Shown here one piece after another: positions 49,239 through 64,000 of a DNA stretch of 64,000 nt. The notes below the pieces were generated by a model. It had not been told where the DNA came from. It worked only from the letters and a program-made list of their open reading frames with translations, and did not search any database. This stretch comes from Squalus acanthias (taxonomy: Eukaryota), in assembly GCA_030390025.1 (NCBI GenBank), contig JASTWF010000034.1:4030001-4094000 (forward strand), read 5' to 3'. The position numbers were made by a program, and so were the translations under genes. Within the stretch, counting starts at the first letter, position 1, and each line of letters begins with the position of its first letter.

Positions 49239-52200
49239 CAGTGTCGGAAGCGGAGAGAGCAGCAGCACAGTGAGTATTTAAACACACTTTCGCGGGCTTT
49301 TTTAAAGGGGTCAGTGTCTGGAGCGGAGAGAGCAGCAGCACAGTGAGTAGTTAAACTCACTTTCGCGGGCTTTTTTCCAGAGGCCAGTGTCGGGAGCGGA
49401 GAGAGCAGCAGCACAGTGAGTAGTTAAACTCACTTCCGTGGGCTTTTTACAGAAGCCAGTGTCGGGAAAGGGACCTTGAGTATATAATTTCATTGAAGTG
49501 AAATTGGTGGGATTCATTTAATTTAATTTTAATTAATTAATTAAAGGGTAAGTCATGGCAGGAGAGCTCCGCCCCGTGATATGCTCCTCCTGATATATGT
49601 GGGAAATCAGGGACCCTTCCGGTGTCCCTGACGACCATGTGTGTGGGAAGTGTATCCAGCTGCAGCTACTGCTAGACCGCATTGCAGCGCTGGAACTGCG
49701 GATGGATGCATATTGGAGCATTCGCGACGCTGGGAACGTCGTGGATAGCACGTTTAGCGAGTTGGTCACACCGCAGATAAAGGGTGTACAGGCAGGAAGT
49801 GAATGGGTGACCACCAGGCAGAGTAAGAGGTGAAGGCGGGTAGTGCAAGGGTCCCCTGTGGCCAGCCCCCTCTCAAACAGATATACCACTTTGGATACTG
49901 TTGGGGGGGATGACTTATCAGGGGAAGGCAGCAGCAGCCAAATTCCTGGCACCATGGGTGGCTCTGCTGCACAGGCTGGGAGGAAAAAGTGTGGAAGGGC
50001 TATAGTGATAAGGGACTCAATTGTAAGGGGAATAGATATGCGTTTCTGCGGCCGCAAACGAGACTCCAGGACGGAGTGTTGCCTCCCTGGTGCAAGGGTC
50101 AAGGACGTCTCGGAGCGGCTACAGAACATTTTTGAGGGGGAGGGCGAACTGCCCGTTGTCGTGGTGCACATAGGCATCAAAGCTATAGGTAAAACACGGG
50201 ATGAGTTCCTAAAAGCAGAATATAGGGAGTTAGGAGGTAAATTAAAAAATAGGACCTCAAAGGTAGTAATCTCAGGATTGCTACCAGTGCCACGTGCTAC
50301 TCAGAGTAGAAATAGGAGGATATTTCAAATGAATACGTGGCTAGAGGAATGGTGCAAGGGGGAGGGATTCAAATTCCTTGGACATTGGAACCGGTTCTGG
50401 GGGAGGTGGGACCAGTACAAACGGGATGGTCTGCACCTGGGCAGGGCCGGGACCGATGTCCTAGGGGGAGTGTTTGCTAGTGCACTTGGGGAGGGTTTAA
50501 ACTAAAGTGGCAGGGGGTTGGGAACCTGAGCAGGGAGACAGAGGAAAGGGAAAGAAGGATAAAAGCGAAAGACAGGAAGGAGAAAAACAAAAGTAGAAGG
50601 CAAAGAACTCAACGGTTTAAATCAAACATGGTCACAGTAAAAAATAATTCATATAGGTCTGAGAGCCTTAAAAAAACAAGCCTGAAGGCTTTGTGTCTTA
50701 ATGCAAGTAGCATTCGGAACAAGGTGGATGAATTAGCTGCGCAACTAGAGGTAAATGAATACGATTTCATTGGGATTGCAGAAACATGGCTCCAGGGTGG
50801 CCAAGTCGGGGAACTCAACATGCACGGGTATTCAATATTTAGGAAAGATAGGCAAAAAAGAAAGGGAGGTGGGGTAGCATTGCTGGTAAAAGAGGGGATT
50901 AACACAATTGAAAGAAGGATATTAGCTCTGATGATGCGGAATCTGTATGGGTAGAACTGAGAAATAACTATGGGCAGAAAACGATAGTGGGAGTGGTATA
51001 TAGACCTCCAAACAGTAATACGAAGTTGGGGACCTCATTTAAAGGGAAATTAGAGAAGCATGCAGTAAGGGCACAGCAGTCATCATGGGTGACTTTAATT
51101 TACATATAGATTGGGCTAACCAAATTAGTAAAAGTACCGTGGAGGAGGAATTCCTAGAATGTTTACGGGATGGTTTTCTGGAACAATATGTCGAGGAACC
51201 AACGAGAGATCAGGCCATCTTAGACTGGATATTATGTAACGAGAAAGGATTAATTAGCAATCTTGTTGTACGAGGCCCCTTGGGTCAGAGTGATCATAAT
51301 ATGATAGAAATCTTCATTAGGATGGAGAGTGAAGTAGTTGAATCAGAGACTAGGGTCCTGAATTTAAATAAAGGAAACTTCGATGGTTTGAGGCGCGAAT
51401 TGGGTAGGATTGATTGGGGAATGTCACTCAAAGGGTTGACGGTGGATAGGCAATGGCAAACATTCAAAGACTGCATGGATGAACTACAGAATTTGTTCAT
51501 CCCAGTGTGGCATAAGAATAAAGCAAAAAGGGTGACTCAACCGTGGCTAACAAGGGAAATTAAGGATAGCATGCGATCCAATGAGAGGGCATATAAATTG
51601 GCCAGAAAAAGCGGTAACCGTGAGGATTGGGAGCAGTTTAGGATTCAACAAAGGAGGACAAAGGGATTAATTAAGAAGGGGAAAATAGAATATCAAAGTA
51701 AGCTTACAGGGAACATAAAAAACTGACTGTAAGAGCTTTTATAGATATGTGAAGAGAAAAAAGATTAGTGAAATCAAGTGTAGGTCCCTTGCAGTCAGAA
51801 GCGGGGGCAGTTATAATGGGGAACAAAAAAATGGCAGACCAATTAAATGCATATTTTGGTTCTGTCTTCACAAAGGAGGACATAAATAACCTCCCAGAGC
51901 TGTTGGAGAACATAGGGTCTGATGAATGGGAGGAACTGAAAGAAATCAGTATTTGTAGGGTAATGGTGTTAGGGAAATTGACGGGATTGAAGGCCGATAA
52001 ATCCTCAGGGCCTGATAATATACATCCTAGGATAATTAAGGAAGAGGCTCTAGAAATAGCAGATGCATTGCTGGTCATCTTCCAACATTCGATGGAATCT
52101 GGAACTGTACCCGTGGATTGGAGGGTAGCTAATGTTACCCCACTATTCAAAAAGGGTTGTAGAGAGAAAGCCTGACATCGGTAGTGGGGCAAATGCTAGA

Positions 52201-53559
52201 GTCCATTATAAAGGATGTAATAGCTGAGCACTTGAAAAACAGTGACAGGATCGGACAAAGTCAACATGGATTTACAAAAGGTAAATCGTGCTTGACTAAT
52301 CTACTGGAATTTTTTGAGGATATAACTGGGAAAATAGATAAGGGAGAAGTAGTAGATGTGGTGTATTTGGACTTTCGAAAGGCTTTCGATAAGGTCCCGC
52401 ATAAGATATTATCGTGTAAAGTTAAAGCACATGGGATTGGGGGCAAGGTATTGACTTGGATAGAGAACTGGTTGGCGGACAGAAAGCAGAGAATAGGAAT
52501 TAATGGGTCTTTTTCCGAGTGGCAGGCAGTGACTAGTGGGGTACCGCAGGGATCTGTTCTTGGAACCCAGCTATTCACAATATACATTAATGATCTAGAT
52601 AAGGGAACTAAATGCAGTATCTCCAAGTTTCCAGATCACACAAAGCTGGGTGGGCGAGTGTGCTGCGAGGAGGATACCGAGAAACTCCAGGATGATTTGG
52701 ACAGGTTGGGTGAGTGGGCAGAAGCGTGGCAGATGTATTATAACGTGGATACATGCGAGGTTATCCACTTTGGTGTCAAAAACAGAAAGGCAGGCTATTT
52801 TCTGAATGGCAATAGATTGGGAGAAGGGGAAGTGCAACGAGACCTGGGTGTCCTTGTGCACCAGTCGCTGAAGGTAAGCATGCAGGTGCAGCAGGCGGTG
52901 AAGAAGGCAAATGGTATGTTGGCCTTCATAGTGAAAGGGTTTGAGTATAGGAACAGGGATGTCCTGCTGCAGTTGTACAGGGCCTTGGTGAGACCACACC
53001 TTGAGTACTGTGTGCAGTTCTGGTCACCTTATCTGAGGAAGGATGTTCTTGCCATGGAAGGAGTTCAGCGAAGATTCACAAGGCTGATACCTGGGATGGT
53101 AGGAATGAGATATGAGGAGAGATTGGGTCGATTGGGCTTATACTCGCTGGAGTATAGAAGAATGAGAGGGGATCTCATCGAAACATATAACATTCTGACA
53201 GGTCTGGACAAACGAGATACAGGAAGAATGTTCCCGATGGTCGGAGACTCAAGAACCAGGGGTCATAATCTAAGGATAAGGGGTAAGCCATTCAGGACAG
53301 AAATTAGGAAAAATGTCTTCACCTAGAGAGTGGTGAATCTGTGTAATTCTCTACCACAGAAGGTAGTTGAGGCCAAGTCATTAAATATATTCAAGAATGA
53401 GTTAGATATATTTCTGAAAGATAAAGGTATCAAGGAATATGTGGAGAAGGCAGGTACAGGTTACTGAGTTTGGATGATCAGCCGTGATCTCATCGAATGG
53501 CGGAGCAGGCTCGAGGTGCCGAATGGCCTACTCCTGCTCCTATCTTCTATGTTTCTATG
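49239..53559 (+). mobile_element. Full-length CR1 LINE (5'UTR monomers, ORF1 Zn-finger + SGNH esterase, ORF2 APE-RT), inactivated
   Basis: ORF1 49555-50505 (CGKC; IRDSIVRG..RDGLHL) with stops; ORF2 50628-53460 (LNASSIRNK, AETW, MGDFN, SDH, PQGSVLG, FPDH for FADD); TSD taagac at 49233-49238 and 53560-53565. Confidence 0.95.
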
Positions 53560-56500
53560 TAAGACATGATTCCATCTACACCGGGGAATATAGTAATAGT
53601 TAATTAATAATTTGACATGATACCCTCTACAATGGGGAATAAAGTTAAAGTTAATTGTTAATTTGACATGATATCCTCTGCACCAGGGAAAAAAGTTACA
53701 ATAACTTGTTAATTTGATATAATACCCACTACATCAGGGAATACATGTCCAGTTATTTATTAATTTGACATGATATCTTCTTCACCAGAAATAAAGTTAC
53801 AGTTAATTGTTAATTTGACATGATATCCTCTACACTGGGGCATGAAGATTAAGTTAATTATTATTTGAGATGATTATCTCTACACCGGGGAATAAATTTG
53901 CAGTCAATTGTTAATTTAGACTTGATTCCCTCTGCAGCAGGGTATAATGTTACAGTTAATTATTAATTTGACATGATACACTCTACACCAGGGAATAAAG
54001 TTACAGTTCATTGTTAATTTAGACATGCTACAATCTACGCCTGGGAATAATGTTACAGTTAATTGCTAGTTTTACAAGATACCCTCTAGACCGGGGAAGA
54101 AAAATTACAGTTAATTGCTAAATTGACATGATACCCTCTACTCTGGGGAATAAAGATACAGTCAATTGTTAATTTGGCATGGTACACACTTCACCGGGAA
54201 ATAAAGTAACAGTCAATTGATGAATTAATCATGATAGCCTTTGCACCGGGGAATAAATTTTAAGTTAAATGTTAACTTGACATGATTCCATCTATCCGGG
54301 GATTAAAGTTACAGTCAATTGTTAACTTAACATGATACCCACTGCACTGGGGAATAAAGGAACAGTCAAGTGTTAATTTAGTTATGATACCCTCTGCACC
54401 GGGGAATAAAGTTTCAGTTAAATGTTAATCTGAGATGATTCCCGCTACACCGTGCAATAAAGTTACAGTTAAATGTTAATTTGACATGATGCCCTCTACA
54501 CCGTGTAATAAACTTGCAGTTAATTGTTAATTTAGATATGATTCCCTATACACAGGCGTATAAAGTTATAGTTAATTTTTAATTTGACATGATGCCCTCT
54601 ACACCGTGTAATAAAGTTACAGTTCATTGTTAATTTAGACATGTTAACCTCTACACCAAATAATTTTGTTACAGTTAATTGTTAATTTAGACATGATACC
54701 CTCGACACTGTGGAATAAAGTAACAGTTATTTTTTAATTTGACATAATATCCTCTACACCAGACAATAAAGTTACAGTTAATTGTTAATTTAGACATGAT
54801 ATCCTCTACACCAAAGAATAACGTTACAGTTAATTGTTAATTTGACATGATACCCTCCACACTGTGTAATAAAGTTACAGTCATTTTTTTGAACATGATA
54901 TCCTCTACACCGGGGAATAAAGAGGCAGTTAATTTGAAATGGCACACTCTAGACCGGGGAATAAAGTTACAGTTAATTGTTAATTTCGACATGGGGCCCT
55001 CTACACTGGGGAATATAGTTACAGTTCATTGTTAATTGAGACGTGATATCCTTTAATCCGGGGAATAATTTTACAGTTAATTGTAAATTTAGACATGATA
55101 AACTCTGCACTGTGGATTCAAGTAACAGATAATTGTTAATTTAAACATGATATACTCTACACCACAGAATAAAGCTACAGTTAATGTTTAATTTGAGATG
55201 ATATCCTGTACACGAGAGAATAAATTTACAGTTAATTTTTAATCTGACATAATATCCTCTACACCGGGGAATAAAGTTAATTTAATTGGTAATTTGACAT
55301 GATATCCTCTACACTGGGGAAAAATGTTCTGTTAATTGTTAATTTAGACATGATACTCTCTACACCAGAGAATAAAGTTACAGTTAATTGTTAATTTAGA
55401 CATGATACGCTCTACACTAGAGACTAAATTTACAGTTAATTGTTAATTTAGACATGATACCCTCTACACCAGAAAATAAAGTTACTGTTAACTGTTGAAT
55501 TTATATGATAACCTCAATACTGTGGAATAATGTTACAGTTTTTTTTTTAACATGGTAATCTCTACACTGGGGAATACAGATACAGTTAATTTGAAATGGT
55601 ATCCTCTACACCGGGAAAAAATCACAGTTAATTGTTAATTTTGACATGATACACTCTACACCCTGGAATAAAGTTAAAGTCAATTCTTAATTTGATATGA
55701 TACCCTCGGCACCGGGGAATAAAGTAAAGGTCAATTGTTAAATTAGACATTAAATCCTCCACACCGGGGAATAAAGTTACAGTTAATTTTTAAATCGACA
55801 TGATGTCCGCTACACTGGGGAATAAAGTTATAGTTAATTGTTAATTTCGACGTGATGCCCTCTACACCGGTGAATAAAGTTACAGTTAATTGTTAATTTA
55901 GTTATGATGCCTTCTACATACGGGAATAAATTTACAGTTATTTTTTAATTCAGATATGTTTCCCTCCATACCGTGAAACAAATTTACAGTTAATTGTAAA
56001 TTAAGAAAAGATTCCCACCACACCAGGGAATAAAGTTACTGTCAATTGCTAATTTGACATGATACCCTCTACACCAGGGTATAAAGTTACAGTTAATTGT
56101 TAATTTAGATATCTTGGCCTCTACACTGAGGATATAAGGTTACAGGTAATTGTTAATTTGACATGATACCCTCAACACCGGGGAATAAAGTTACAGTTAA
56201 TTGTTACTTTGACATGCTACAATCTACACCGGGGAATAAAATGACAGTTAATTGTTAATTTTACATGATGCACTCAACACCGGGGAATAATTTTGAAGTG
56301 ATTTGTTAATCTGTCATGATACCCTCTACACTGGGGAATAAAGTTACAGTTAATTGTTAATTAGACATGATACCCTCTACACTGGGAATAAGTTACAGTT
56401 AATTGTTAATTAGACATGAGACCCTCTACACCGGGGAAAAAAGTTACAGTTAATTGTTAATTTGACAAGATGACCTCTACCCTGGGGAATAAAATTACAG

Positions 56501-59279
56501 TTAATTGTTAATTGAGAGACGATACCCTCTACACCGGGGAATAAGTTTACAGTTAATTGTTAATTGAGACATGATACGCTCTACACCAGAAAATAAAGTA
56601 ACATTTAATTGTTAATTTGACATGATGCCCGCTGCACTGCGGAATAAAGTTACAGTTAATTGTTAATATTGACATGATACACTCCACACCGGGAAATAAA
56701 ATTACACTCAATTGTTAATTTGACATGATACCCTCTGCACCGGAGAATAAAGTTACAGTTAATTGTTAATTTGACAATATTCCCACTAGACCGGCGAATA
56801 AACTTACAGCTAATTGTTTATTTGACATGATAACATCTGCACTGGGGAATAAAGTTACAGTTAATTGTTAATTTAGACATGATACCTTCTACACAGGGGA
56901 ATAAAGTTACAGTTAATTGTTAATTTAGACATGATACCTTCTACACAGGGGAATAAAGTTACAGTTAATTGTTAATTTAGACAGGATTCGCTCAACATCG
57001 GGGAATAATCTTACTGTTAGTTGTTAAGTTACACATGATTTTCTCTACACAGGGGAATAAAGTTACCGTTAATTGTTAATTTAGACATGATAAGCACTAC
57101 ACCAGGGAATAATTTTTCAGTTAATTTTTAATTTAGACATGATATCCTCTACCGCACAGAATAAAGTTACAGTTAATTTGTAATTTGACATGATATCCTG
57201 TACACAAGAGAATAATGTTACAGTTAATTTTTAAATGACATAATATCCTCTACACCGGGGAATAAAGTTAATTTAATTGTTAATTTGACAAGATGCCCTC
57301 TACACTGGGTAAATCTTACAGTTAATTCTTAATTTGACATGGTACCTTCTACACGAGAGAATAAAGTAACAGATAATTTTTAATTTGACATGATATCCTT
57401 TAAACTGAGGAATAAAGTTACAGTTAATTGTTAATTTGACATGATTCCCTCTGCACCGGGGAACAACTTAACAGTCAATTGTTAATTTGACAGGATACCC
57501 TATACACCGGAGAATACAGAATCAGTTAGATGTTAATTTGACATGATGCACTCTACACCAGGGAATAAAGTTACAGTCAATTGTTTATTAAGACATGATG
57601 CCCTCCAAACCGGTGAATAAAGTTACAGTTAATTGCTAATTTAGTCGTAATACCCTCTACACTGTGGTAAAAGTTACAGTTTATTGTTAATTTAGAAATG
57701 ATATCCTCTGCACGTGAGAATAAAGTTACAGTGCATTTTTAATTTGACATGATATCCTCTACACCAGGGAATAAAGTTACAATTGATTGTTAATTTAGAC
57801 ATGATACCCTCTACACCAGAGAATAAAATTACAGTTAATTGTTAATTTGACATGATGCCCACTACACCGGGGAATAAAGTTACAGTCAAATATTCATTTT
57901 GAGATGATGCCCTCCACACTGGGCAATAAATTTAAAGCTAATTGTTAATTTAGACCTGATACCTTCTACACCGGGGAATAAAGTTACAGTCAATTGTTTT
58001 TTTGACATGATATTCTCTACACTGGGGAATAAATATACAGTCAATTGTGAATTTGAAATTATACCCTTTACACCGGGTAATAAAGTTACAGTTAATTGTT
58101 AATTTAGACCTGATACCCTCTACACCGGGGAATAAAGTTACGGTCAGATGTTAATTTGACATGATACCATCTGCAACGGGGAATAAAGTTACAGTTAATT
58201 GTTAATTTGACATGTTACCCTCAACATCTGGGAATAAAGTTACAATTGATTGTTAATTTGACATGATACCCTCTACAACGGGTAAAAAAGTCACAGTTAA
58301 TTGTTAATTTGATATGATATCCTCTAGACCGGGGAATAACGATACAGTTAATTGTTCATTTGAAATGGTACCCTCTACACTGCGGAATAAAGTTAGAGTT
58401 AATTGTAAATTTAGACATGATACCCTCTATACTGTGGAATAAAGTTACAGTTAATTGTTAATTTAGACATGCTACCCTCTACACCGGGGAATAATGTGAC
58501 AGTTAATTGTTAATTTAGACATGATACACACTACACCAGGGATTAAAGTTTCAGTTAAATTTTAATTTGACATGGTACCCTCTACAACGGGTAAAAAAGT
58601 CACAGTTAATTGTTAATTTGATATGATATCCTCTAGACCGGGGAATAACGATACAGTTAATTGTTCATTTGAAATGGTACCCTCTACACTGCAGAATAAA
58701 GTTAGAGTTAATTGTAAATTTAGACATGATACCCTCTATACTGTGGAATAAAGTTACAGTTAATTGTTAATTTAGACTTGCTACCCTCTACACCGGGGAA
58801 TAATGTGACAGTTAATTGTTAATTTAGACATGATACACACTACACCAGGGATTAAAGTTTCAGTTAAATTTTAATTTGACATGATTCCCTCTACACCGGG
58901 GAATTAAGTTACAGCTAATTGTTAATTTGACATATTGCCCTCTACACCGGGGAATAAAGTTACAGTTAATTGTTAATTTAGACATGATACCTTCTACACA
59001 GGGGTATAAATTTAATGTTAATTGTTAATTTAGACACGATACACTCTACACCGGAGAATTAAGTTACAGTTAATTTGACATATTGCCCTCCACACCGGGG
59101 AATAAAGTTACAGTTAATTGTTTATTTAGACATCTTGGCCTCTACACTGAGGATATGAGGTTACAGGTAATTGTTAATTTGACATGCTACCCTATACACC
59201 GGGGAATAAAGTTACAGTTAATTGTTAATTTTACATGATGCACTCAACCCCGGGGAATAAAGTTGAAGTGATTTGTTAA

Positions 59280-59736
59280 TAGAAACAAGGAGCAGGAGTA
59301 TGCCATTCGGCCCGTCGAGCCTGCTCCACCATTCAATACGATCATGGCTGATCATCCAAATCCAGTACCCTGTCCCTGCTTTCTCACACAGAATCCCCAC
59401 AGTACAGATAGAGGCCATCTCGGCCCATCGAGCCTGCACCCACACATATCCCACCCTACCTCCGTAACCCCACGTATTTAATTCCCCCTAACATATCCCA
59501 TCCTATCCCCGTAACCCCACATATTTAATCCCCCCCTAACACTAAGGGTCAATTTAACATAGCCAAATCAACCTAACCCGCACATTTTTGGACTGTGGGA
59601 GGAAACCGGAGCACACGGAGGAAACCCACGCAGACACGGGGAGAATGTGCAAACTCCACACAGACAGTCACCCGAGGTCAGATTCGAACCCGGGTCTCTG
59701 GCGCTGTGAGGCACCAGTGCTAATCACTATGCCACC
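59280..59736 (-). mobile_element. HE1-type V-SINE (59386-59736) adjoining a CR1 3' tail (59280-59385)
   Basis: reverse complement has tRNA head (tggcatagtgattagc..gggttcgaatc), V-core gtggagtttgcacattctccccgtgtctgcgtgggtttcc, CR1-like tail. Confidence 0.9.
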
Positions 59737-62527
59737 CTCTACACTAGGGAGTAAAGTTACAGTTAATTGTTAATTTGACATGAGACCCTCTACACTGGGG
59801 AATAAAGTTACAGTTAATTGTTAATTTGACATGAGACCCTCTGCACTGGGGAAAAAAGTTACAGTTAATTGTTAATTTGACAAGATGACCTCTCCCCTGG
59901 GCAATTAAATTACAGTTCATTGTTAATTGAGAGACGATACCCTCTACACCGGGGAATAAGTTTACAGTTAATTGTTAATTGAGATATGATACTCTCTACA
60001 CCAGAAAATAAAGTTACAATTAATTGTTAATTTAGACATGATATCCTCTACACCACAGAATAAAGCTACAGTTAATGTTTAATTTGACATGATATCCTGT
60101 GCACGAGAGAATAAATTTACAGTTAATTTTTTTCTGTCATAATATCCTCTACACCGGGGAATAAAGTTAATTTAATTGTTAATTTGACATGATATCCTCT
60201 ACACTGGGGAAAATGTTCTGTTAATTGTTAATTTAGACATGATACTCTCTACACCAGAGAATAAAGTTACAGTTAATTGTTAATTTAGACATGATACTCT
60301 CTACACTAGAGACTAAATTTACAGTTAATTGTTAAATTAGACATGATACCCTCTAAACCAGAAAATAAAGTTACAGTTAATTGTTGAATTTACATGATAC
60401 CCTCAACACTGTGGAATAAGGTTAGTTATTTTTTTTTAACATGGTAATCTCTACACTGGGGAATACAGATACAGTTAATTTGAAATGGTATCCTCTGCAC
60501 CGGGGAATAAAGTTACAGTTAATTGTTAATTTTACATGATGCACTCAACCCCGGGGAATAAAGTTGAAGTGATTTGTTTATCTGTGATGATACCCTCTAC
60601 ACTGGGGAATAAAGTTACAGCTAATTGTTAATTTGACATGATAACATCTGCACTTGGGAATAAAGTTACAGGTAATTGTTAATTTGACATGAGACCCTCT
60701 ACACTGGGGAAAAAAGTTACAGTTAATTGTTAATTTGACAAGATGCCCTCTACCCTGGGGAATAAAATTACAGTTCATTGTTAATTGAGAGACGATACCG
60801 TTTACACCGGGGAATAAGTTTACAGTTAATTGCTAATTGAGTCATGATACGCTCTACCCCAGAAAATAAAGTTACAGTTAATTGTTAATTTGACATGATG
60901 CCCTCTGCACTGCGGAATAAAGTTACAGTTAATTGTTAATTTTGACATGATACACTCTACACCGGGAAATAAAATTACACTCAATTGTTAATTTGACATG
61001 ATACCCTCTGCACCGGGGAATAATAAAACTGTCAATTGTTAATTTGATAGTATACTCTATACACCGGGGATAACAGTTTCAGTTAAATGTTAATTTGACA
61101 TGATGCTCTCTACACCAAGGAATACAGTTACAGTTAATTGTTAATTAAGACATGATGTCCTCCAAACCGGTGAATAAAGTTACAGTTAAAAGTTAATTTA
61201 GTCGTAATACCCTCTACACTGTGGTAAAAGTTACAGTTTATTGTTAATTTAGAAATGATATCCTCTGCACGTGAGAATAATATTACAGTGCATTTTTAAT
61301 TTGACATGATGTCCTCTACACCAGAGATTAAAGTTACAATTAATTGTTAATTTAGACATGATACCCTCTACACCAGAGAATAAAATTAAAGTTAATTGTT
61401 AATTTGACATAATGCCCAATACACCGGGGAATAAAGTTACAGTCAAATATTCATTTTGAGATGATGCCTTCCACACTGGGGAATAAATTTAAAGCTAATT
61501 GTTAATTTAGACCTGATACCTTCTACACCGGGGAATAAAGTTACAGTCAATTGTTTTTTTGACATGATATTCTCTACACTGGGGAATAAATATACAGTCA
61601 ATTGTGAATTTGAAATTATACCCTTAACACCGGGTAATAAAGTTACAGTTAATTGTTAATTTAGACCTGATACCCTCTACACCGGGGAATAAAGTTACGG
61701 TCAGATGTTAATTTGACATGATACCATCTGCAACGGGGAATAAAGTTACAGTTAATTGTTAATTTGACATGTTACCCTCAACGTCTGGGAATAAAGTTAC
61801 AATTGATTGTTAATTTGACATGATACCCTCTACAACGGGTAAAAAAGTCACAGTTAATTGTTAATTTGATATGATATCCTCTAGACCGGGGAATAACGAT
61901 ACAGTTAATTGTTCATTTGAAATGGTACCCTCTACACTGCGGAATAAAGTTAGAGTTAATTGTAAATTTAGACATGATACCCTCTATACTGTGGAATAAA
62001 GTTACAGTTAATTGTTAATTTAGACTTGCTACCCTCTACACCGGGGAATAATGTGACAGTTAATTGTTAATTTAGACATGATACACACTACACCAGGGAT
62101 TAAAGTTTCAGTTAAATTTTAATTTGACATGATTCCCTCTACACCGGGGAATTAAGTTACAGCTAATTGTTAATTTGACATATTGCCCTCTACACCGGGG
62201 AATAAAGTTACAGTTAATTGTTAATTTAGACATGATACCTTCTACACAGGGGTATAAATTTAATGTTAATTGTTAATTTAGACACGATACACTCTACACC
62301 GGAGAATTAAGTTACAGTTAATTGTTAATTTGACATATTGCCCTCCACACCGGGGAATAAAGTTACAGTTAATTGTTTATTTAGACATCTTGGCCTCTAC
62401 ACTGAGGATATGAGGTTACAGGTAATTGTTAATTTGACATGCTACCCTATAAACCGGGGAATAAAGTTACAGTTAATTTTACATGATGCACTCAACCCCG
62501 GGGAATAAAGTTGAAGTGATTTGTTAA

Positions 62528-62983
62528 TAGAAACATAGAAACAAGGAGCAGGAGTATGCCATTCGGCCCGTCGAGCCTACTCCACCATTCAATACGATCA
62601 TGGCTGATCATCCAAATCCAGTACCCTGTCCCTGCTTTCTCACACAGAATCCCCACAGTACAGATAGAGGCCATCTCGGCCCATCGAGCCTGCACCCACA
62701 CATATCCCACCCTACCCCCGTAACCCCACGTATTTAATTTCCCCTAACATATGCCATCCTATCCCCGTAACCCCACATATTTAATCCCCCCCTAACACTA
62801 AGGGTCAATTTATCATAGCCAAATCAACCTAACCCGCACATTTTTGGACTGTGGGAGGAAACCGGAGCAAACCCACGCAGACACGGGGAGAATGTGCAAA
62901 CTCCACACAGACAGTCACCCGAGGTCAGATTCGAACCCGGGTCTCTGACGCTGTGAGGCACCAGTGCTAATCACTATGCCACC
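62528..62983 (-). mobile_element. Duplicate of the CR1-tail + HE1 V-SINE composite
   Basis: near-identical to 59280-59736 with the same satellite junctions. Confidence 0.9.
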
Positions 62984-64000
62984 CTCTACACTGGGGAATA
63001 AAGTTACAGTTAATTGTTAATTTGATATGATGACCTCTGCGCTTGGGAATAAATTTACAGTTAATTGTTAATTTGACATGAGACCCTCTAGACTGGGGAA
63101 AAAAGTTACAGTTAATTGTTAATTTGACATGAGACCCTCTAAACCGTGGAATAAAGTTACATTTAATTGTTAATTTTTCATGATGCCCTCTACACCGGGG
63201 AATAAAGTTACAGTTAATTGTTAATTTGACATGAGACCCTCTACACTGGGGAAAAAAGTTACAGTTAATTGTTAATTTGACAAGATGACCTCTCCCCTGG
63301 GCAATAAAATTACAGTTCATTGTTAATTGAGAGACGATACCCTCTACACCGGGGAATAAGTTTACAGTTAATTGTTAATTGAGATATGATACTCTCTACA
63401 CCAGAAAATAAAGTTACAATTAATTGTTAATTTAGACATGTAATCCTCTACACCACAGAATAAAGCTACAGTTAATGTTTAATTTGACATGATATCCTGT
63501 GCACGAGAGAATAAATTTACAGTTAATTTTTTATCTGTCATAATTTCCTCTACACCGGGGAATAAAGTTAATTTAATTGTTAATTTGACATGATATCCTC
63601 TACACTGGGGAAAATGTTCTGTTAATTGTTAATTTAGACATGATACTCTCTACACCAGAGAATAAAGTTACAGTTAATTGTTAATTTAGACATGATACTC
63701 TCTACACTAGAGACTAAATTTACAGTTAATTGTTAAATTAGACATGATACCCTCTAAACCAGAAAATAAAGTTACAGTTAATTGTTGAATTTACATGATA
63801 CCAACAACACTGTGGAATAAGGTTAGTTATTTTTTTTTAACATGGTAATCTCTGCACTGGGGAATACAGATACAGTTAATTTGAAATGGTATCCTCTGCA
63901 CCGGGGAATAAAGTTACAGTTAATTGTTAATTTTACATGATGCACTCAACCCCGGGGAATAAAGTTGAAGTGATTTGTTTATCTGTGATGATACCCACTA

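Larger units (their letters stand above)
40841..64000. repeat. AT-rich satellite, 51/52-bp unit ccctctacaccggggaataaagttacagttaattgttaattt(a)gacatgata, interrupted by TEs
   Basis: hundreds of diverged tandem units; 17-aa periodicity in spurious ORFs. Confidence 0.97.

Noticed and set aside
49843..50505. Host SGNH/GDSL esterase gene
   Set aside because: It is the esterase domain of CR1 ORF1 inside a TSD-bounded element
49239..53559. Active autonomous CR1
   Set aside because: Stops in ORF1, frameshifts in ORF2, catalytic FADD mutated to FPDH
59660..59736. tRNA gene
   Set aside because: A/B boxes belong to the tRNA-derived head of the HE1 SINE (same at ~62910-62983)
40841..64000. Cys-rich 17-aa repeat ORFs and CRISPR-like periodicity
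   Set aside because: Translations of the 51-bp satellite; no spacers

Overview
This is eukaryotic, almost certainly elasmobranch (shark) DNA, inferred from HE1/V-SINE copies and shark-type CR1 LINEs. It is a repeat-saturated window and I found no intact host protein gene. Left part (1-21 kb): an L2 fragment, two adjacent minisatellites, and a C2H2 zinc-finger pseudogene with a motif-rich CpG promoter. It also holds a degraded PIF/Harbinger transposon and several Penelope-like element (PLE) pieces carrying minimal hammerhead-ribozyme motifs, one of them arranged as a ~390-bp-arm inverted repeat. Middle (21-41 kb): a nested cluster of endogenous retrovirus-like elements. Two are related gag-pol elements with a YVDD-type RT and a degenerate-plus-second RNase H (loki/spuma-like architecture). 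A third has a perfect 18-nt tRNA-Lys3 primer-binding site. Right part (41-64 kb): a 51/52-bp AT-rich satellite with higher-order duplication. It is invaded by a Harbinger-type MITE, a CsRn1/Kabuki-clade Gypsy element with an in-frame RT-integrase deletion, a full-length CR1 with a monomeric 5'UTR, and two HE1 SINE composites. Family assignments come from motif recognition only; no searches were run, and boundaries without a target-site duplication (TSD) are approximate.
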